DNA of 63,290 bases, the filler included, from Piptocephalis cylindrospora (Eukaryota), in NCBI GenBank assembly GCA_003614145.1. It is 26 parts of 26 records of this genome, joined end to end, with 100 filler letters (N's around TTAATTAATTAA, not from the genome) between each part and the next. Parts side by side here need not be neighbours in the genome. Positions count along the whole stretch, not along the records: positions 58,543 to 60,866 come from KZ989006.1; positions 60,967 to 63,290 come from KZ989007.1; 24 more parts are not named here. One strand, given 5' to 3'. The notes beneath the pieces were generated by a model. That model had not been told where the DNA came from, did not search any database, and saw only the letters and a program-made list of their open reading frames with translations. The position numbers and the translations under genes were made by a program. Positions 58,560-63,290 of this stretch are shown one piece after another; position 1 is the first letter of the stretch; each line of letters opens with the position of its first letter.

Positions 58560-60050
58560 GTGGTCCCCAGTGATCCCCAGGACAGAAAATCTGATGATTT
58601 TAAAAAAGTGGCCGTGTTAGCGCCTCAGCTGGTCCTGACTGGATCCCTGATCCTGGGAGCACACCAACCCATTGACTTTCTTGAAAGGGAAAGTCGCGAG
58701 GCTTTAGAGATGGCCAAGGCCCGGGAAATCTTACCGAATGTATGGATGGGGACCAATGAGGACATGGCGGGGATATTCCCTGGTCCTGGGGATTGTCTAG
58801 GATCTGGGGAGGGACCTGCAAAGATCAAGATCGAGTTTGATGTGTGTATTCACACCGTTGGTAGGCTCAGAGATGCGGATAGGACAAATGCCCTGATACA
58901 GGCCCCAGACGGGACCAGATCCCTTCCGGCCCAAGTCTACTCTTCTACTGGAGTCATCCACCTTCAGGCCCCGGCAGCCTCCCAAACTAACATGGTCGAT
59001 GCCCGGACCATCCTGGATCTGTGCAAGTGCATTGTCGCACTGGCCGCTGAAGGCCACCGCACCCTCATCCACAGTGTCGATGGGTGGTTGGAGCCCACAG
59101 TCATGATCCTCGGAGTGATTATGTGGAGGGAGCGGTGTGGGCTTGCCCAGGCCTGTACCGTTCTCTGGAAACGAAGGGCCTTTTATCTGGGTCAGCTTCG
59201 AAGGGCTTGCGAATCCCTTGAAGAGCTCGTGTGGATGGAGGTGGAGGAAGAGGCTGAGTTGAAGCATGAAGCTCAGGAGATGAACCTATTAGCATGTGGG
59301 CAAGGACGGGGACCTGAAGGAGGGGAGAGCGACGGGACGCTCAATGGACTGGAAACCCCTATTCCATCCATGAGGGATATGGGGCCCGCCATCTCTGAGG
59401 AGGTCAAGCCCTCTTCACCAACCTCTTCAGTCCCATCCACCCTATCTTTACTTAAACAGCCCACAAAATCGTATGGGTGGTTCTACGAACAGGGATTTGA
59501 TGATACCTTCCCCTCCAGGATTCTTCCGTTCATGTATCTCGGCGACCTGAGGCAGGCATCGGATGTTCGGATGCTCCGGGACCTGGGGATCACCAATCTT
59601 CTCAGTGTGGGAATCACGGTCCCCGTGCCCCATCGAGACATCGGAGTCAAGGTGATTGAGCACTTGGATGATGATGGGCTCCATCTCATCTCCCCCAGCA
59701 TCCCTCATTGTCTTGAGTATATTGACCGGGTACACGCGCAGGGAGGTCGGGTTCTTGTGCATTGCCAAGTAGGAACTTCTCGGAGCGCTTCTATCTGCAT
59801 AGCCTACATGATGGAACGGGTCGGGATGGATCTGATGGATGCGTACATGTGGGTGCGGGCCCGCCGGATAGCGGTCATCATTCAGCCCAATCTCATGTTC
59901 ATGTGGGAGCTATGGGAGAGGGAACTTACGGCCATCCCTACGGAGCGAGGTCATGATGCCGAGGTCCAGGAGTATGGACGACGAGTCAAGGCTCGGTTAG
60001 GATGGTTAGAGTGGTGTCGGGGTATTACGGCGTTGAATGAGCAATCGTAG
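58560..60050 (+). CDS. PPS1: Dual-specificity phosphatase, Pps1-like (5' truncated)
   Basis: FPSRILPFMYLG...VLVHCQVGTSRSASICIAY...VRARR..VIIQPNLMFMWEL, with an upstream degenerate domain (EILPNVWMG...LIHSVDGW). Confidence 0.85.
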   Translation: MVPSDPQDRKSDDFKKVAVLAPQLVLTGSLILGAHQPIDFLERESREALEMAKAREILPNVWMGTNEDMAGIFPGPGDCLGSGEGPAKIKIEFDVCIHTVGRLRDADRTNALIQAPDGTRSLPAQVYSSTGVIHLQAPAASQTNMVDARTILDLCKCIVALAAEGHRTLIHSVDGWLEPTVMILGVIMWRERCGLAQACTVLWKRRAFYLGQLRRACESLEELVWMEVEEEAELKHEAQEMNLLACGQGRGPEGGESDGTLNGLETPIPSMRDMGPAISEEVKPSSPTSSVPSTLSLLKQPTKSYGWFYEQGFDDTFPSRILPFMYLGDLRQASDVRMLRDLGITNLLSVGITVPVPHRDIGVKVIEHLDDDGLHLISPSIPHCLEYIDRVHAQGGRVLVHCQVGTSRSASICIAYMMERVGMDLMDAYMWVRARRIAVIIQPNLMFMWELWERELTAIPTERGHDAEVQEYGRRVKARLGWLEWCRGITALNEQS

Positions 60051-61109
60051 GTTTAACTCCCTCCCTCGAAAGAGGAGGATGGTGGTCTGTGTGCATAAAA
60101 GGATGAGGAATGTACCATTCCGAGAGGTAGGTGACTCGGAAAACCTCTGCCCCTCTCGTTATCATTAGCAAGCCTCTTTAATAATTCTACTTGATGGATA
60201 TGTGTTGTTATTTCAAGGTCATTAGAGGAGATTGAGCTATGGCATTGGGTGATTCATCCCCTCTGGTAAGTCCACCCATAGTGATAATGGGATGCTCTGT
60301 ATTTGTCCAAGCTGACTCGATTCATCCGAGTGCAGATAGCGGAGTCTTGTTCATGCAATTATTGTTCATTAGAGGATCGCCATAAAGACAGCACTATCAC
60401 GGGGGACGCGACAAGAAGGCGCGTGTCATAAAGTGCAAGTGTGTGAAGAGAAGCATAGGGCGGGGAATACCCGTGTGCACACACGCGGATTTCCTTCCCA
60501 CCTATGGCCCGAGGGGATCAAGGTGAGACGGTGGTTGAGAGTGCAAGGGGAACCCACTGGTCCGGTCTGACACTGCAGTGACCCATCCACTGACGAGGGG
60601 ATGACGACTGTGATTTTACCCCTCTCTCCCCTTCTCCCCTTCGCCCCCCTCATATACACCTTTGACTAGGTCATAGTGCAAGAGTGACGTTACCTTTTCG
60701 GGGCTGCTCAGCCTTCTCACCACCTCCCTTCCTCTATAAATATGGAATGGCCCTAGCCAGAAAGGATCCACTCTTGTTCCTTATCCCTGTCCCCCCCTCC
60801 ACCCCCGACGTTTATCTCTCCCCTCCCCCCCATTTCATGTCCCGGCGGCCGTCTCCCCCTTCCCCCNNNNNNNNNNNNNNNNNNNNNNNNNNNNNNNNNN
60901 NNNNNNNNNNTTAATTAATTAANNNNNNNNNNNNNNNNNNNNNNNNNNNNNNNNNNNNNNNNNNNNTCCCGATAGTGTTCACTTGCCATTTTCCCTTATA
61001 ATCTCTGTCTTTAATCTCAACAATTTTTATTTTTTTTCCCCCTCCCCCCCCCCCCCCCCCCCCTTCTTCTTTCCTATCTCATAAGCTTGCTAGTTCATCC
61101 GAGCAGTCC

Positions 61110-62621
61110 ATGATGGATTATAACTCTTTTGCCGCCTCCTCCGCCCCAATCTCCCAAATGATTCCCAACTCTTCCACATCTGTGGAGCGCGTTGGGAAAA
61201 AGGGAGCTCGGAAGGATCGACGGGGTAGCGCCTCCCGATCCTTATCCTCTCGGACCTCCCTTCCCACCATGACAGGGTCTTCTTCTAACTACCTTCTTCC
61301 TTTGATTGCTCCTGCCCCTGATCAGCAAGATATGCACCATTTCGAAAGGCAGCAGGGGGGAGCAACGCCCCAAAGGGTCTATGAATCTATGCCTTCTATG
61401 GTAGCATATCCCTCGTTCCTCGGGAACATGCAAGCTCCCATGAGCGTCACCGGTCAATCCCCATCTTTCATGGATGGGACTGGAGATAGACAGGTACCCA
61501 CTCAGTCCTTGAGATCATATGCATCCATGCCCTCGCTCCAAAGCCACTCCCCCTCGCCTTTTGGGTATGGCCAGCTCACCCAATCCCCTTCGCAAACACC
61601 AGCCATGGGGCAAACCACACCCAATTCCTCCATCTTCCAGCACCAAGGGTATGCCACGACCCAGGATGGAAATTATACTTTGACCTTCCATGGACCTGGG
61701 ATGACCAAACCTCGAAGAAAGACATCAATGACCCAGTTCAAGCGCCTGGAGGAAACATTCAGCCAGTGCCCCAAGCCTGATGGGACGACTCGACGTGACT
61801 TAGCCGTTGAGCTTAACATGCCGGTCCGGGCCGTTCAAGTGTGGTTCCAAAATCGTCGAGCCAAGGCCAAAATCCAGGATTTGCGTAGTCGGGCCGCCTC
61901 GGTCGAGGATGGAGAAGATTATGATGGAGGATCTCGACCCACTTTTAAGACACGTAATTTGGATGAGAGCGCAGAACCCATGGGCCTGGGGGTAGCGGAA
62001 GAAGAATCGACCAAGGAGGAGGAATATACCTCACTTCCCAAGGTTCCTCTCCAGGCCAAGGAGGCCGAGGAGCGGAATGACGGTGGGGATATGGGAACGG
62101 GTTGGTTGGATGACCTGATGAAGAGCTTGGAGGACCCGAGGCGGAGGAACCTTATCCAGTCCGATAATAATATCGCCCCTAGTCCTGCCGGTCATGGCAC
62201 TTTGAAGTCCCCAGCGACTCCAGGGATGATAGGTGGGACGATTGATCCCATCCCTCCCCCTTCCTCCCTTTCATACCCAACTGACTTGTTTTCAAAGGAT
62301 GGTGGTGGGGTTGGAGGGACTGGGGTGGACTTTTCTCAGTTCCTCACCAACGACGCTCTTTCCTCCTCCTCCTCCCAGCGCGGTTCATTGGCCAAGGAGG
62401 GTCTGCGCAGGATGATCAGTACTCCGGTTTTTCCCAGTCCATCGCCCACCCCACCTTTCGGCCAGGTGGATAATCAGAATCGGAGAGGGCAGGGAAAGTC
62501 ACGACGGACGCGGACATCGAATCTCTGGGGGAACGAGGAGGAAGGAAAGACAAGTGATCAGCCCGATTGGTCCACCTTGCGTCTCAACGCAGTGGGTAAT
62601 GTCATTGAATCTTCTGGATAG
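61110..62621 (+). CDS. Homeodomain transcription factor
   Basis: KPRRKTSMTQFKRLEETFSQCPKPDGTTRRDLAVELNMPVRAVQVWFQNRRAKAK within a 503-aa ORF. Confidence 0.93.
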   Translation: MMDYNSFAASSAPISQMIPNSSTSVERVGKKGARKDRRGSASRSLSSRTSLPTMTGSSSNYLLPLIAPAPDQQDMHHFERQQGGATPQRVYESMPSMVAYPSFLGNMQAPMSVTGQSPSFMDGTGDRQVPTQSLRSYASMPSLQSHSPSPFGYGQLTQSPSQTPAMGQTTPNSSIFQHQGYATTQDGNYTLTFHGPGMTKPRRKTSMTQFKRLEETFSQCPKPDGTTRRDLAVELNMPVRAVQVWFQNRRAKAKIQDLRSRAASVEDGEDYDGGSRPTFKTRNLDESAEPMGLGVAEEESTKEEEYTSLPKVPLQAKEAEERNDGGDMGTGWLDDLMKSLEDPRRRNLIQSDNNIAPSPAGHGTLKSPATPGMIGGTIDPIPPPSSLSYPTDLFSKDGGGVGGTGVDFSQFLTNDALSSSSSQRGSLAKEGLRRMISTPVFPSPSPTPPFGQVDNQNRRGQGKSRRTRTSNLWGNEEEGKTSDQPDWSTLRLNAVGNVIESSG

Positions 62622-63074
62622 TGGGATGGTGAAAGTCATTGGATTACGATGTTGAGGTGAAGGTAAATACACGTCATCTTTCCAATTTCCCCATAGTATC
62701 CTTAAGACATGTCCCAGAGAACAGGTATTTTCACAGGGTGGAGCTTAGTAATGGTGGGGTGAGTCGAGGGAATAACTCGAAGGCCTTTCAAAGGAAGCAT
62801 ATCCATATAGAGAGAGTGGGTCTTAGTAGATGTGATCCGCCAAGTAGGAATGTAGGTCAGGGCAGGATACGGAGGCTAGAGTAATGAGGGGTCCTCATAG
62901 AAAACATGGGGTGAGGGGAGGTGGATCCAGGGAAGCAGATCAAGACGGATGGGTGGAAGGGAGGAAACATAGACTGAAGAAAGAGTCGTGGTGGATGATG
63001 GTAGGCAGTAGACACGGATCATCGCAAGCAGTAGAAGTAGTCGTAGACGAAGAGTAAAAATGTGTAGTCATCGC

Positions 63075-63077
<3 letters not shown>

Positions 63078-63109
<32 letters not shown>
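63078..63109. repeat. (GA)n microsatellite
   Basis: Uninterrupted gagaga tract. Similar simple repeats occur at about 1878-1920 (GAG), 19557-19590 (CTA), 28655-28678 (GT), 49258-49285 (TAG) and 57580-57630 (CCAT). Confidence 0.85.
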
Positions 63110-63112
<3 letters not shown>

Positions 63113-63290
63113 TGGGAACGAGGAAGAAAAATGGTGGGATGCGGCCAACCTCCACGACCTTGACGCCCCTGGGAAACATGGGAGGGGGAAGTGGAGAAGC
63201 GGGTAAAAGCAGATCGATCGCCGATTCCCTCGCCTCCTACACAGGAAAAAAAAGGATCCACTGGTTGCCCACGCCCTCTATCACACTGGC

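Noticed and set aside
2383..60966. Regularly spaced TTAATTAATTAA motif every ~2.4 kb as a biological repeat, CRISPR-like array or nanochromosome boundary
   Set aside because: It is always embedded in N-runs totalling 100 nt, cuts genes arbitrarily, and the segments are roughly size-sorted. It is a concatenation linker.
1..63290. Functional gene cluster or novel multi-gene system across the window
   Set aside because: Neighbouring segments are independent contigs. Only within-contig adjacency is informative, and several contigs are themselves chimeric.

Overview
This window is not one continuous locus. It is about 26 short contigs (~2.2-2.4 kb, mostly in decreasing size order) joined by a 100-nt artificial spacer (N-run + TTAATTAATTAA + N-run), so adjacency across spacers has no biological meaning. 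The DNA is a compact eukaryotic genome with short GT-AG introns and fungal-type genes: Spa2, a Chk2-like FHA kinase, Rix1, EMC10, Alg5, Cap1, Mdl1, Gti1/Pac2, Mis12, WRAP73, Cwf19, an MFS transporter, a class 3 lipase, Hrt3, eIF5B, Nha1, ArfGAP, Rpl31, Pps1 and a homeobox factor. It also carries 'animal-like' genes typical of early-diverging fungi rather than Dikarya: gamma-secretase PEN-2 (missed by the ORF track) and a phosphorylase-kinase alpha/beta subunit. An early-diverging fungus such as a zoopagomycotan is therefore inferred but not proven. Many contigs show signs of amplification (MDA) chimeras and de Bruijn assembly: exact 55-bp inverted end copies, 173- and 665-bp fold-back duplications, genes split across opposite strands (CAP1, CWF19, probably EMC10), a half tRNA-Lys and a leftover Illumina adapter. 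One contig (29390-31736) is a compositional outlier with no recognisable gene. I found no supportable multi-gene novel system. The best leads are PEN-2, the PhK subunit, the outlier contig and two imperfect inverted repeats.
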